Assembly: GCA_963706575.1 (NCBI GenBank)
Contig: CAVPNL010000001.1
Coordinates: 206,311-238,310 of the forward strand
Direction: 5' to 3'
DNA: 32,000 bases
Origin: an uncultured delta proteobacterium
GTDB taxonomy: Bacteria; Desulfobacterota; Desulfobacteria; Desulfobacterales; JAHEIW01
A program made the translations under genes and the position numbers. Numbering within the stretch: the first letter of the stretch is position 1; each line of letters begins with the position of its first letter. Positions 1 to 8,803 of the stretch are shown piece after piece. The notes under the pieces are model-generated. The model made no database searches, was not told where the DNA came from, and saw nothing but the letters and a program-made list of their open reading frames with translations.

Positions 1-2
1 CC

Positions 3-1142
3 GATGACATCGAACCCGAGCGTTTCGATGAAATTGCCGAAGAGACTATGGGACCTCATCATATGACCGGATGTTTCGGTTGCCAGGTGCATTGCCGGGC
101 TCAGTATAAAATTCCGACAGGCCCTTTGGCTGGAAAATACGATGAAGGGCCTGAATATACCTCCCTGGGGGCTTTTGGGGCCGAGACCGAAACACCCCGC
201 GCCGAGACGGTGCTGACGGGTAATCATCTGGTCAATCAGTACGGAATGGATAATCTTGAAACCGGCAGTCTCATTTCCTGGGCAATGGAGCTATACGAAC
301 TGGGTATCATCACCGACAAAGAAACCGATGGGCTGGATCTGAGTTTTGGAAACGATGCGGCAGTCATCGAAATGATTGAGCGGATCTGCTACCGCAAGGG
401 TTGGCTGGCAGATGCACTTGCCGACGGCGGTATTCCGGCTTCGAAAAAGATCGGGAAAAGCTCCTTTGATTATCTCGTTCAGGTCAAAGGTATGAATAAT
501 TTGAATTCGGATGAACGGCCGACTCCGGCGCTGGCGCTCAATGTTGCCACTGCATCCAGAGGATCGGACCATTTGAGGAGCAGACCGGCCATCGACTTGT
601 ATCATTTGCCGGAAGAGGTTTTGAGAAAAATTTACAGCAACCCGGTTGCCTATGACGGGCCGTTGAGCTCCGAGCACAGCGAATATGTGGGCAAACCCTG
701 GCAGGTTTTCTGGCAGGAAAACTGTTTCATGGGCGTCGATTGCCTCGGTATCTGTAAATATCATACAACATTCCTGGGGCCGACCTTGCCCAATTTCGAA
801 GACTGGACAAAAGTACTTTACTATAATACCGGTCTTGAAATGACACCCGAGGAGATCTGGGAGGTCGCCTTGCGCGGCAACATGATCGAAAGGCTCTTCA
901 ACCTGAGAGAAGGGCTGACGCGAAACGATCTTGAAAAAGGCGATATGCTGAATCATCGCTATTTCGATGAGCCCTGCAAAAGAGGCGCCATCGATGTGGT
1001 CGGCCTGACGATCGATAAGCAGAAATTCGTTAAGATGGTTGATGAATTTTACGCCCATAAGGGACTCGATCGCAACGGTGTTCCTAAACCGAAAACCTTA
1101 AAAAACCTCGGCCTGGAAAATGAGCCGTCCCATTTACTATAG
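3..1142 (+). CDS. aor: Aldehyde:ferredoxin oxidoreductase (tungsten AOR family), C-terminal ~380 aa; 5' end lies outside the window
   Basis: The frame is open from the window edge (DDIEPERFDEIAEET precedes the first Met), so the gene is truncated. It carries a GCFGCQVHC Cys motif and the overall pattern of AOR-family C-terminal domains. A polyferredoxin gene starts 10 nt downstream. Confidence 0.8.
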   Translation, partial: DDIEPERFDEIAEETMGPHHMTGCFGCQVHCRAQYKIPTGPLAGKYDEGPEYTSLGAFGAETETPRAETVLTGNHLVNQYGMDNLETGSLISWAMELYELGIITDKETDGLDLSFGNDAAVIEMIERICYRKGWLADALADGGIPASKKIGKSSFDYLVQVKGMNNLNSDERPTPALALNVATASRGSDHLRSRPAIDLYHLPEEVLRKIYSNPVAYDGPLSSEHSEYVGKPWQVFWQENCFMGVDCLGICKYHTTFLGPTLPNFEDWTKVLYYNTGLEMTPEEIWEVALRGNMIERLFNLREGLTRNDLEKGDMLNHRYFDEPCKRGAIDVVGLTIDKQKFVKMVDEFYAHKGLDRNGVPKPKTLKNLGLENEPSHLL

Positions 1143-1152
1143 GAGGAATTAG

Positions 1153-1650
1153 ATGTCTAAAGTACTATACGTAGATCACCAGAAGTGCACAGGCTGTCAA
1201 CTATGTGAGCTTGTGTGCGCTGTGTCGCATGATGGAATATCCAATCCCGCCAGAAGCCGGATCCGGGTGGTGAAATGGGAGGCTGAAGGCCTGTACATCC
1301 CGATGACATGCCAGCAATGCCAGGATGCGCCCTGTCTGAATGTTTGCCCGGTCAAGGCCATCTCGCGCAACGAGGAATCGACCCGGGTGACCGTTGATTA
1401 TGATGTCTGCATCGGCTGTCGTTCGTGTGTTGGCGTATGTCCTTTCGGGGCCATGAGTTTTAATCCCACCGACAGACAGGTCTTCAAGTGCGACCATTGT
1501 GACGGCGATCCGCAGTGTGTCCGGTTCTGTGAAGAAAAGGCTGTGGATTTTATCGAGGCGGACAAGGTGAGCATCAACAAGCGGCGCAAAGCGGCGGAAC
1601 GGGTATCGGCCGCGAGCAAGGATGCCGCAGCCCTGGAATCTCAGCTCTAG
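1153..1650 (+). CDS. 4Fe-4S polyferredoxin-type electron-transfer protein (16 Cys, four cluster motifs), probable AOR partner
   Basis: AGGAGG lies 7 nt upstream of the ATG. Four Cys motifs are present: CTGCQLCELVC, CQQCQDAPCLNVCP, CIGCRSCVGVCP and CDHCDGDPQCVRFC. The gene sits immediately after the AOR gene. Confidence 0.85.
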   Translation: MSKVLYVDHQKCTGCQLCELVCAVSHDGISNPARSRIRVVKWEAEGLYIPMTCQQCQDAPCLNVCPVKAISRNEESTRVTVDYDVCIGCRSCVGVCPFGAMSFNPTDRQVFKCDHCDGDPQCVRFCEEKAVDFIEADKVSINKRRKAAERVSAASKDAAALESQL

Positions 1651-1691
1651 CTGACACCTTTCAGCTTACGGTTTTATTTTGGGTAAAAGAT

Positions 1692-1729
1692 AAAGGTTCC
1701 CGGTTAACCCGGGAGCCTTTATTTTTTTT
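1692..1729 (+). terminator. Rho-independent terminator after the AOR-ferredoxin pair
   Basis: A 12-bp stem (aaaggttcccgg / ccgggagccttt, one G-T pair) with a 5-nt loop (ttaac) is followed by a T8 run. Confidence 0.7.
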
Positions 1730-1746
1730 GATGAAGAAATGAAACA

Positions 1747-3171
1747 ATGGCAGTTTCCAGTTCAACATATCGCTCTCCCAAAAAAATGGCCATCATTACA
1801 AGCTATTTCAAAGGTGAGACATACGGGCTCCTGGGCCCCCAGATGGCGGCCACCATCATTGAAGACCATGGCGCCTGTGAATGTATCGTCATTGCCGTAA
1901 CCCGCGAAGACGAAAAAGCCACCCTTAAAAGGGTGTTGGCGGATTATTTTGCGGCCCAAAGGTCCATCATCGGCTTTTCTGCCTTAAGCGGTCGGGAAGA
2001 TCTTTTCTCGCTGGCCGGTGAATTGAAAGCGGAGGGGGCTATCACGATTCTTGCGGGACCCCAGGCCAACGTTGACTTTTCAGGAGAAAGGGGCTGGCGC
2101 AATCATCCCCATCGCTTCAAGGGTTTTTGGGGATGCTTCGACTTCGGCCTGCAGGGGCCGGCGGAACAGGTGGTTGCGCTGTTACACCGTCTGGATAAAA
2201 ATGATGGATTGCTGATCCCCGGTCTGTTATATCTGAACAAGGAAGGTATCGTCAGACAAAATCCTCCTAAGGAATGGGACCACAACTATCTGGGAAAGGT
2301 GCGCTGGGATAATATCTACCGGCTCACCAAAGATGGGGTTGCGCCTTTAAATGTCGATACGGGTCAGGTTCTGCAGCACATCGGCTGTCCCCATGCCGCC
2401 CGAATGACCGAACCGCAGATCGATTATCCAGCTTCAATACGCCAAGGCCAGGGACAAAAGATCAAGCTCAATCTAAAGGGTTGCAGTTTCTGTGATGTGG
2501 CAGCTGACAAAGGATTTCACGGAAAGCTGGATACGGAAACGGTCATCTCTCAAATCCAATGCCTGCCTGAAACACCGCAAGGCAGGAAGATTGCGTTTGA
2601 ACTCATTAATGAAAATCCACTGTCCGCGCTTTCCGGATTGCTGCAAGAATTGCATTCGCGCAACATCAGAATTTCACAGATCAATCTCACCTTAAGGGCG
2701 GATGGGCTTCTATCAGGGCTGCAGCATTTAAAAGCAGCCTTGAAGGTGGCGGGTAAACTGGGAATTTATATACTGCTGAGCTCAATCGGGTTTGAGTCAT
2801 TTGATAACCGCATCCTGCGAAATCTGAACAAAGGCTTGAGTGTCGAAACTAATCTAAAGGCGATTCGTCTCATCCGGCAGCTTAAAGAAGAATTTGGAGA
2901 GGCATTCGGGTATTCCAGCAGGGAAGGGGCCAATCACGGGTTTATCCACCCCACCGCCTGGGACACCGAAGAAACCGCAGCTGAAATCCAGAAAAATATT
3001 TATCTCTATGGGCTGCAAAACGATATCCTGCCGCCGCACAGCACCCCTCTTATAATCCATCACGCTTCGGGCCTGGCAGACTGGATCAGAGAAATTGAAG
3101 GCCGGGAGCGGCTCTGGTTCAAGCGTTACGGCACGGTTATCGGCTGGTGGGGTTCAGCGCACCGCATTTGA
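1747..3171 (+). CDS. B12-binding-domain-like / radical SAM-like protein with a non-canonical split Cys motif; function unknown
   Basis: The N-terminus is Rossmann-like (MAIITSYF...IGFSALSG...ILAGPQA). GCPHAA...x31...CSFCDV occupies the position of the GCPxxCxFC motif. IGFESFDNRILRNLNKG matches the xGxESxxxxxLxxxxKG signature of class B radical SAM enzymes. The start codon is uncertain (alternative Met14 at 1786), and no clear RBS precedes either one. Confidence 0.5.
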   Translation: MAVSSSTYRSPKKMAIITSYFKGETYGLLGPQMAATIIEDHGACECIVIAVTREDEKATLKRVLADYFAAQRSIIGFSALSGREDLFSLAGELKAEGAITILAGPQANVDFSGERGWRNHPHRFKGFWGCFDFGLQGPAEQVVALLHRLDKNDGLLIPGLLYLNKEGIVRQNPPKEWDHNYLGKVRWDNIYRLTKDGVAPLNVDTGQVLQHIGCPHAARMTEPQIDYPASIRQGQGQKIKLNLKGCSFCDVAADKGFHGKLDTETVISQIQCLPETPQGRKIAFELINENPLSALSGLLQELHSRNIRISQINLTLRADGLLSGLQHLKAALKVAGKLGIYILLSSIGFESFDNRILRNLNKGLSVETNLKAIRLIRQLKEEFGEAFGYSSREGANHGFIHPTAWDTEETAAEIQKNIYLYGLQNDILPPHSTPLIIHHASGLADWIREIEGRERLWFKRYGTVIGWWGSAHRI

Positions 3172-3234
3172 GCGAATTTTCTGCTGCCTCTAGAATGCAC
3201 TGATGATCACCGGCCGCCTGCTCTCTCTCCACAA

Positions 3235-3382
3235 TTAGACCCTATCTCAAAAATGTCTTTTGGCCCAATATCTTTGTTGGTGCCTCGCTTTAAATCCTCA
3301 ACATACAACAGTATGCCTGCGGTTTAAAGCTCGGCTCCGCCGCGATCTTGAACCAAAATCCTATTTTTGAGATGGGGTCTAA
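3235..3382. repeat. ~148-bp imperfect palindromic element between convergent genes
   Basis: The terminal 20-bp inverted repeats are ttagaccctatctcaaaaat (3235-3254) and atttttgagatggggtctaa (3363-3382), with one mismatch. The arms continue imperfectly inward (ttttgg, cgctttaaa / tttaaagc). Confidence 0.6.
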
Positions 3383-3397
3383 TAAATTAGGGCCATA

Positions 3398-5173
3398 TTA
3401 TCCCGGTATTTTGGTTAATTTAATTTTTTCTTTACCCGATATCACATCATCGATGCCGATTTTCTCCTGTTTGAGGTATTCATCGCCAAAAGCCTTTTCG
3501 ATCGCCCCTTCCTGGAAGAGCTTGACGGTGATAAGAACCCTCAGTCGCCGCTTATCGAGCTTATTCACCCCCGTCAGGGGCCAACCGTCAAGGATTTCCA
3601 GCCTTTCTGGCCATTGAAAAATAGCGATGCCCTGTTCCTCCATAAATCGTTGAATTTCTTTTAAGGTAATGGTCTGCCCCGCCTCCGGCTGGATAAAGGC
3701 ACAAAGTTTTTCGCCCAGCTTCTCATTCGGCATGCCGACGACTGCAACGTACATCACCTTGGGGTGTCTTACCAGCAGATCCTCTACTGCTTCAGGGTAG
3801 ACATTCTCACCGCCACGGATAATCATATCCTTTTTACGGCCTTCCACGACAAAGCGTCCGTCAGGCCTTTGAGACATCAGATCTCCTGAATGAAAGAAAC
3901 CCTTTTTGTCAAAAGCCTTTTCATTCTCTTCAGGATTTCTGAAGTAGCCTTTGAGGTTCAAGAATCCTTTGGCAACCATCTCGCCGATTTCCCCTTGTTG
4001 CACTTCTTCATTTTTTTCATTAAAAATCTTGATTTGGACCAACGGGTCCATATACATCGGGTAGCCGACCGTATACAGTTGAGGTTCCTTCGGGCTGTCC
4101 CAGCGATTGCAAATCAGTGGGCCCTCGGCCATCCCAAAATGATTGACTATATCTACGTCCAATTCAGTCAGGCAAAACTCGGCAAGCTCGGGTTTTACCT
4201 TTTGGGCGGCCACGCCCATAACTCGCAGGGTGGAAAGATCATATGTTTTGCGCAGCTCCAGCGCATTCTTCCAATAGGTTACCTGCACGGGGATCAAAAG
4301 GGTATGGGTCACACCATATTTTTGGATCAGCTCAAAGCTTTCCAGCGGTCTGGGGGATTTTGTCATTACGACGCTTGCCCCCATGAACAGTGCCGGGCCG
4401 GTCATGCCGGTGAAAGAGGCATTGTGTTCAACCGGAATAACGATGAGGGCTACGGACTCCTGGGTATATCCGGCTAATCTCGCATACCCCTCGAATTGAC
4501 ATATATAATCATTATGGGTTCTGGGTATTCCTTTGGGCAGACCGGTTGTCCCCCCTGACAATTGTTCACAGCAGATGTCATTGGGGTCCGGTTTGACGTC
4601 ATCGAGATAGTCCGGTGGAACTTCAGCTTCAATCGGCTGCTCCAGAAGCGCATCCAGACTCAGCCACCCTTGCGGTGGCTTCCCTTCGGCGACCATCAAG
4701 ATCTCTAAATAGGGATGCGGGTCTTTTATTTGCTCCACCATTTGCACAAAATCGAACTTCTCAGCGCCCATCACACAGATCCCGCGGGCACGGTGGAGCC
4801 CGATTTCATGATTGACTTCCAGCTTCCTGTGTCTTGGGAGGCACATTATGGGTATGGCGCCGATCCGATTAAGTCCGAAAAATAGATAGAAAAATTCAAT
4901 CACATTGACCATCTGGAGAACAAAGAAGTCCCCATACTGAACCCCTAATCTTTTGAGGTGAATGGCCATTCTGTTTGATTTTTCATGCAACGCCTTCCAG
5001 GTAATCGCTTTGGTATCATCCGCACAGGCCAGTTTGTCAGGAAAGATATTTGCATTGCGCTCGAGCAGATCATACAAGGTCCAGTTACGCCAGAATCCTC
5101 CGGCAACATATCTGTCTATCTCTTCCTGGGTGAAAGGATGCCAGCCGTCAATAATTTCGCGATGGGTCATCAT
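3398..5173 (-). CDS. AMP-forming aryl/acyl-CoA ligase, DhbE/EntE-like (2,3-dihydroxybenzoate-AMP-ligase-like) adenylating enzyme
   Basis: The motif LSGGTTGLPKGIPRTHNDY closely resembles the EntE/DhbE P-loop region, and GDL...DGRFVVEGRKKDMIIRGGENVYP is the adenylation core. The ORF track starts at a GTG (5179). AAAGGAG lies 6 nt upstream of the ATG at 5173, which I prefer. There is a C-terminal extension of roughly 50 aa. Confidence 0.85.
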   Translation of the reverse strand: MMTHREIIDGWHPFTQEEIDRYVAGGFWRNWTLYDLLERNANIFPDKLACADDTKAITWKALHEKSNRMAIHLKRLGVQYGDFFVLQMVNVIEFFYLFFGLNRIGAIPIMCLPRHRKLEVNHEIGLHRARGICVMGAEKFDFVQMVEQIKDPHPYLEILMVAEGKPPQGWLSLDALLEQPIEAEVPPDYLDDVKPDPNDICCEQLSGGTTGLPKGIPRTHNDYICQFEGYARLAGYTQESVALIVIPVEHNASFTGMTGPALFMGASVVMTKSPRPLESFELIQKYGVTHTLLIPVQVTYWKNALELRKTYDLSTLRVMGVAAQKVKPELAEFCLTELDVDIVNHFGMAEGPLICNRWDSPKEPQLYTVGYPMYMDPLVQIKIFNEKNEEVQQGEIGEMVAKGFLNLKGYFRNPEENEKAFDKKGFFHSGDLMSQRPDGRFVVEGRKKDMIIRGGENVYPEAVEDLLVRHPKVMYVAVVGMPNEKLGEKLCAFIQPEAGQTITLKEIQRFMEEQGIAIFQWPERLEILDGWPLTGVNKLDKRRLRVLITVKLFQEGAIEKAFGDEYLKQEKIGIDDVISGKEKIKLTKIPG

Positions 5174-5614
5174 GGTCACCTCCTTTGCAAACTGAAGACA
5201 AACCTTCCATGGGTCTAACTTCCCTGAAAGCCCAGCTGGCGGGAAAGGGAGCCAGCCGCCTCTCTTAAGGTCGGTTCAATGATTTTTTCTTTTTCTGAAC
5301 TGAATTGTACGACAGGCACCGGAATGTTTATCGACGCCGCCACTGTCCGATGCAGATCAAATACCGGCGCTGCATGGTAATTATATGCTCATCATTATTC
5401 GCATATAAAGGTGCTCTTTCACCGTTTTTGTCAACCCCAAAAACGCTTGTACACTATTTTAGTTGAGAATTGGAATCTGCAAACCGCTTGACGAAAAAGA
5501 ATATAATTGATTTAACATTGACGCTTGCACATCATACAAATGATACAGAACATAAGCTATAAAAAGGATCAGTTTGAAATTGCGGGATGAATTAAAATAG
5601 AGGGGGGGAGTTTG

Positions 5615-6922
5615 ATGCAAAAAAAATACGATGCCATCATTATCGGTTCAGGCGTTATTGGGTGCTGTGTGGCCTTCGAACTGGCCAATCGGGGGTATAA
5701 GACACTGAGTGTGGACAAGCTCGGCGACGCCGGAATGGGTTCCACGAGCGGGTCATGCGCCATCATACGTTTTCATTATTCCACCACCGAAGGCGTGGCG
5801 CTGGCAAGAGAAGGTTATTACTACTGGCTGGACTGGCCCACCTATCTCGGGGTAAGGGACCCCGACGGCATGGTCACATACCGCAATACCGGGGCCCTGG
5901 TCATCAAAACGCCTGTCAATAAAAATCTCAGCCGTGTGAAAGCTGTTTTGGATGAATTTGGCATCGGCTATTTGGAACTGGAGCCGGAGGAGATCAGTCG
6001 CTACCTGCCCAACGTTAACCTGGCCAGCTACTTTCCCCAAAAATGGATAGACGATCCGGAATTCGGTCAGCCCACCGCGGAGAAGATTCCCGGTGCCCTC
6101 TGGATCCCCGAGTCCGGTTATATCTCAGACCCCAAACTTTCTGCGCATAACGTCCAGGTGGCGGCGCAGGCCAAAAAGGCTGAATTTTTATACGGGGCAG
6201 AAGTTTCTGAGATATTGAAGGTAAAGGGGCGCGCCGCCGGCGTCAAGCTAAGCGACGGCAGCGAAATCGAAGCGCCGGTTGTGGTGAATGTGGCGGGTCC
6301 CCACTCCTTTTTAATCAATCGAATGGCCGGTGTAGAAGAATCGATGAAGATCAAAACACGTCCGATGAAGCAGGAAGTCGCCCATGTGCCGGCGCCCGGG
6401 GGAATGAATTGGGAGCGCGATGGTTACATGCTGTCTGACGGAGACATCGGTTGCTACTCGCGCCCGGAGGTGGGTAATCACATTTTGATCGGCAGTGAAG
6501 ATCCGGAATGCGATCCGCTCCTGTGGGTGGACGACCCGGACAATTACGACACCAACTTTACCGATCAATTCAAGTGTATGGTCATGCGCGAAGGCATGCG
6601 GGTCAACGACCTGGCCATCCCCAACCAGTATCAGGGCGTGGTCGATCTCTATGACTGCAGTGATGACTGGATTCCCATTTACGACAAATCCGATCTGCCT
6701 GGATTTTACATGGCCATCGGCACCAGCGGCAATCAGTACAAAAACGCCCCGGTTGCGGGGGCGATGATGGCTGCACTGATCGATGCCTGCGAGAAGGGGC
6801 TCGATCACGATGCAGATCCGTTCCAGTTTTATATGAAATATACGCGGCGCAATCTAAACGTGGGGGTTTTCAGCCGGAATCGCGAAATCAATAAAGATTC
6901 CAGTTTTTCGGTCATCGGCTAA
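5615..6922 (+). CDS. FAD-dependent oxidoreductase (DAO / sarcosine-oxidase-beta-like family)
   Basis: The N-terminal dinucleotide fold is KYDAIIIGSGVIGCCVAFELANRG. A purine-rich RBS (gaggggggag) lies 4 nt before the ATG at 5615; the track start at 5612 is a TTG. Confidence 0.8.
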   Translation: MQKKYDAIIIGSGVIGCCVAFELANRGYKTLSVDKLGDAGMGSTSGSCAIIRFHYSTTEGVALAREGYYYWLDWPTYLGVRDPDGMVTYRNTGALVIKTPVNKNLSRVKAVLDEFGIGYLELEPEEISRYLPNVNLASYFPQKWIDDPEFGQPTAEKIPGALWIPESGYISDPKLSAHNVQVAAQAKKAEFLYGAEVSEILKVKGRAAGVKLSDGSEIEAPVVVNVAGPHSFLINRMAGVEESMKIKTRPMKQEVAHVPAPGGMNWERDGYMLSDGDIGCYSRPEVGNHILIGSEDPECDPLLWVDDPDNYDTNFTDQFKCMVMREGMRVNDLAIPNQYQGVVDLYDCSDDWIPIYDKSDLPGFYMAIGTSGNQYKNAPVAGAMMAALIDACEKGLDHDADPFQFYMKYTRRNLNVGVFSRNREINKDSSFSVIG

Positions 6923-6997
6923 AGAGCGCAACCGCTTACCATGCAAGTAATCATCAGTTGTTACGATAAGTAAAAAAAAATATGGAGGTTATATCAA

Positions 6998-7570
6998 ATG
7001 GATAAGATCAATTTGGGATCAACTATCCCCGCATACCCCATGCCTGTTTCCCTTGTGGGAGCCTATGTGGACGGCAAGCCGAATTTTATGGCCGTGGCAT
7101 GGTTTACCATGGCCAGTTATAAACCACCAAGGATTGCCATTACCCTCGGGAAGGGCCATTACACCAATCCTGGAATTAAAGAGAATAAAACCTTCAGCGT
7201 TTGCCTGCCTTCGGAGGATATGGTGGAAATGACTGATTATTGCGGAATTGTATCGGGTAAAAAAACCGATAAATCGGAGATTTTTGATCTTTTTTATGGT
7301 GAGCTGAAAACAGCCCCGTTGATCAGAGACTGTCCTTTATGCATGGAATGTAAGCTGGTGGAAATTGTGGAGAGTGCTTCGAATGAAATCTTCATTGGCG
7401 AAATCATGGGAACCTACACAGAAGATAGATTTCTGACTGATGGTAAATTGGATTTTAGAAAAATGAAGCCCTTGATACTCTCACAACCGGACACCTCTTA
7501 TTGGCGCCTTGGGGAACAGATGGCCAGGGCCTGGAGTATCGGTAAAAAATACAAAGCCAAACGCAAGTAG
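6998..7570 (+). CDS. Flavin reductase-like (FMN-binding split-barrel) protein, copy 1
   Basis: GGAGG lies 9 nt upstream of the ATG. The pattern PVSLVGAYVDGKPNFMAVAWFTMASYKPPRIAITL is typical of flavin reductase domain proteins. Confidence 0.75.
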   Translation: MDKINLGSTIPAYPMPVSLVGAYVDGKPNFMAVAWFTMASYKPPRIAITLGKGHYTNPGIKENKTFSVCLPSEDMVEMTDYCGIVSGKKTDKSEIFDLFYGELKTAPLIRDCPLCMECKLVEIVESASNEIFIGEIMGTYTEDRFLTDGKLDFRKMKPLILSQPDTSYWRLGEQMARAWSIGKKYKAKRK

Positions 7571-7693
7571 CACCGTTGGCAAAGAGGCAGGCAACTCTCG
7601 AGTAGTTCAATAATTCTTGACAGAAAACCTTTCCAGCTTCAACCTCTCAGAAGCAAAGGACGGGCAATTGAAAACAGGAAATCGGCTGCAGGA

Positions 7694-8314
7694 TCATTTC
7701 TTTTGCGCGAGCAAAATCCGGTTATTCTTTTTGCGGGATTTTTCGATTTGCTTGTCTGTTCCCCAGCGCCTGAACAGATCGTGTTCGATGCCCATGTAGT
7801 CGAACACCTTGCCGATGGTCTGGTCGATGATATCTTCGATGGTCTCGGGTTGGTGGTAGAATGACGGCACCGGGGGCAATATGTGGGCGCCCATTTCGGC
7901 AGCCAGAGTCATCAGGCGAAGGTGTCCCACATGCAGCGGTGTTTCCCTGACCACCAGAACCAGTTTGCGCTTTTCTTTCAACGTCACATCCGCCGTCCGC
8001 ACCAGCAGGTTTTCATTATAGGAATTGGCGATAGCGGAAAGCGATTTAATGGTACAGGGTATGACGACCATGCCTTCGGTCAAAAAGGAGCCGCTTGCCA
8101 GGGATGCGGCCATATCCTTATGATCGTAGACGAAATCCGCCATGGTTTCAACATCAGCTGGCTTGTAGCTGGTTTCGATTTCGATATTTAGCCGGCCGGC
8201 GTTGGAAATGATCAAATGGGTTTCGAAGTCCGTTTGCCGCAGCACGTCCAACATGCGTACCCCGTAAGTGACCCCGCTGGCCCCCGATATGCCGATCACG
8301 ATTCTTTTAGCCAT
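7694..8314 (-). CDS. ubiX: UbiX-family flavin prenyltransferase (prFMN synthase)
   Basis: The N-terminus KRIVIGISGASGVTYGVRMLDVL, the motifs LVVRETPL and IMPP-like LPPVPSFY, and a length of about 200 aa are all typical of UbiX/Pad1. Confidence 0.9.
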   Translation of the reverse strand: MAKRIVIGISGASGVTYGVRMLDVLRQTDFETHLIISNAGRLNIEIETSYKPADVETMADFVYDHKDMAASLASGSFLTEGMVVIPCTIKSLSAIANSYNENLLVRTADVTLKEKRKLVLVVRETPLHVGHLRLMTLAAEMGAHILPPVPSFYHQPETIEDIIDQTIGKVFDYMGIEHDLFRRWGTDKQIEKSRKKNNRILLAQKK

Positions 8315-8413
8315 TAATTTTTCCTTTTGGTTTAAAAACCTTATTTTTTTATATATGATTTTGGGTTAAATGAATATATTTTAACGTTTATCCTCAGAAT
8401 TTTTTTGACGAGA

Positions 8414-8803
8414 TCAAGTTTCAGAAGCAAGCCGGGCCAGAATCATCTCCACCAGGGTCTCAGTGTTGCGGACAACATGCTGGATGCCTTTAGGGGCAAG
8501 GTTGTCCCAGTGGATTCCGGCCGTGACAACGACCTGGGTTTTTAACGCAGCCGCCAGAATTTCGGCAGCGGCCTTGGCCAGTTCGTCTTCCTTGTGCCCC
8601 ACCAGGCAGATAACGGATGCGCTGGAACTGGTAACATCCGGGTCTTTGAGACTCGGGCGCGGCTGGGCCACCGCCACCGCTCCGATATGCGGTTTTTCAC
8701 CGCCCCAGATAGCCACCAGCACATCCTCGCCGATCAATCGGACGCTGGCGGACAGATTATAAGCATCTTCCTCGGTTTTTATAATAAATTCTTGGATTGT
8801 CAT
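8414..8803 (-). CDS. lpdD: LpdD-like small accessory protein of UbiD-type decarboxylases (prenylated-flavin chaperone family)
   Basis: The protein is 129 aa. The motifs WGGEKPHIGAV and VTAGIHWDNL resemble the GGxxPHIG and TAGIH motifs I recall from Lactobacillus plantarum LpdD. Its start codon directly abuts the stop of the upstream gene. Recognition is from memory, not a search. Confidence 0.5.
   Translation of the reverse strand: MTIQEFIIKTEEDAYNLSASVRLIGEDVLVAIWGGEKPHIGAVAVAQPRPSLKDPDVTSSSASVICLVGHKEDELAKAAAEILAAALKTQVVVTAGIHWDNLAPKGIQHVVRNTETLVEMILARLASET

Noticed and set aside
291-1058. Long antisense ORFs opposite well-supported genes: 291-1058 (-), 3890-4477 (+), 6311-6808 (-), 9485-10058 (+), 15106-15741 (+), 16123-16818 (+), 24677-25327 (+), 26384-27079 (+) and 31190-31648 (+).
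   Set aside because: Each lies fully inside a gene on the other strand that has clear family motifs. Their translations are low-complexity (R/G/P/H-rich), and they lack RBS and recognisable motifs. These are typical shadow ORFs of moderately GC-rich coding DNA.
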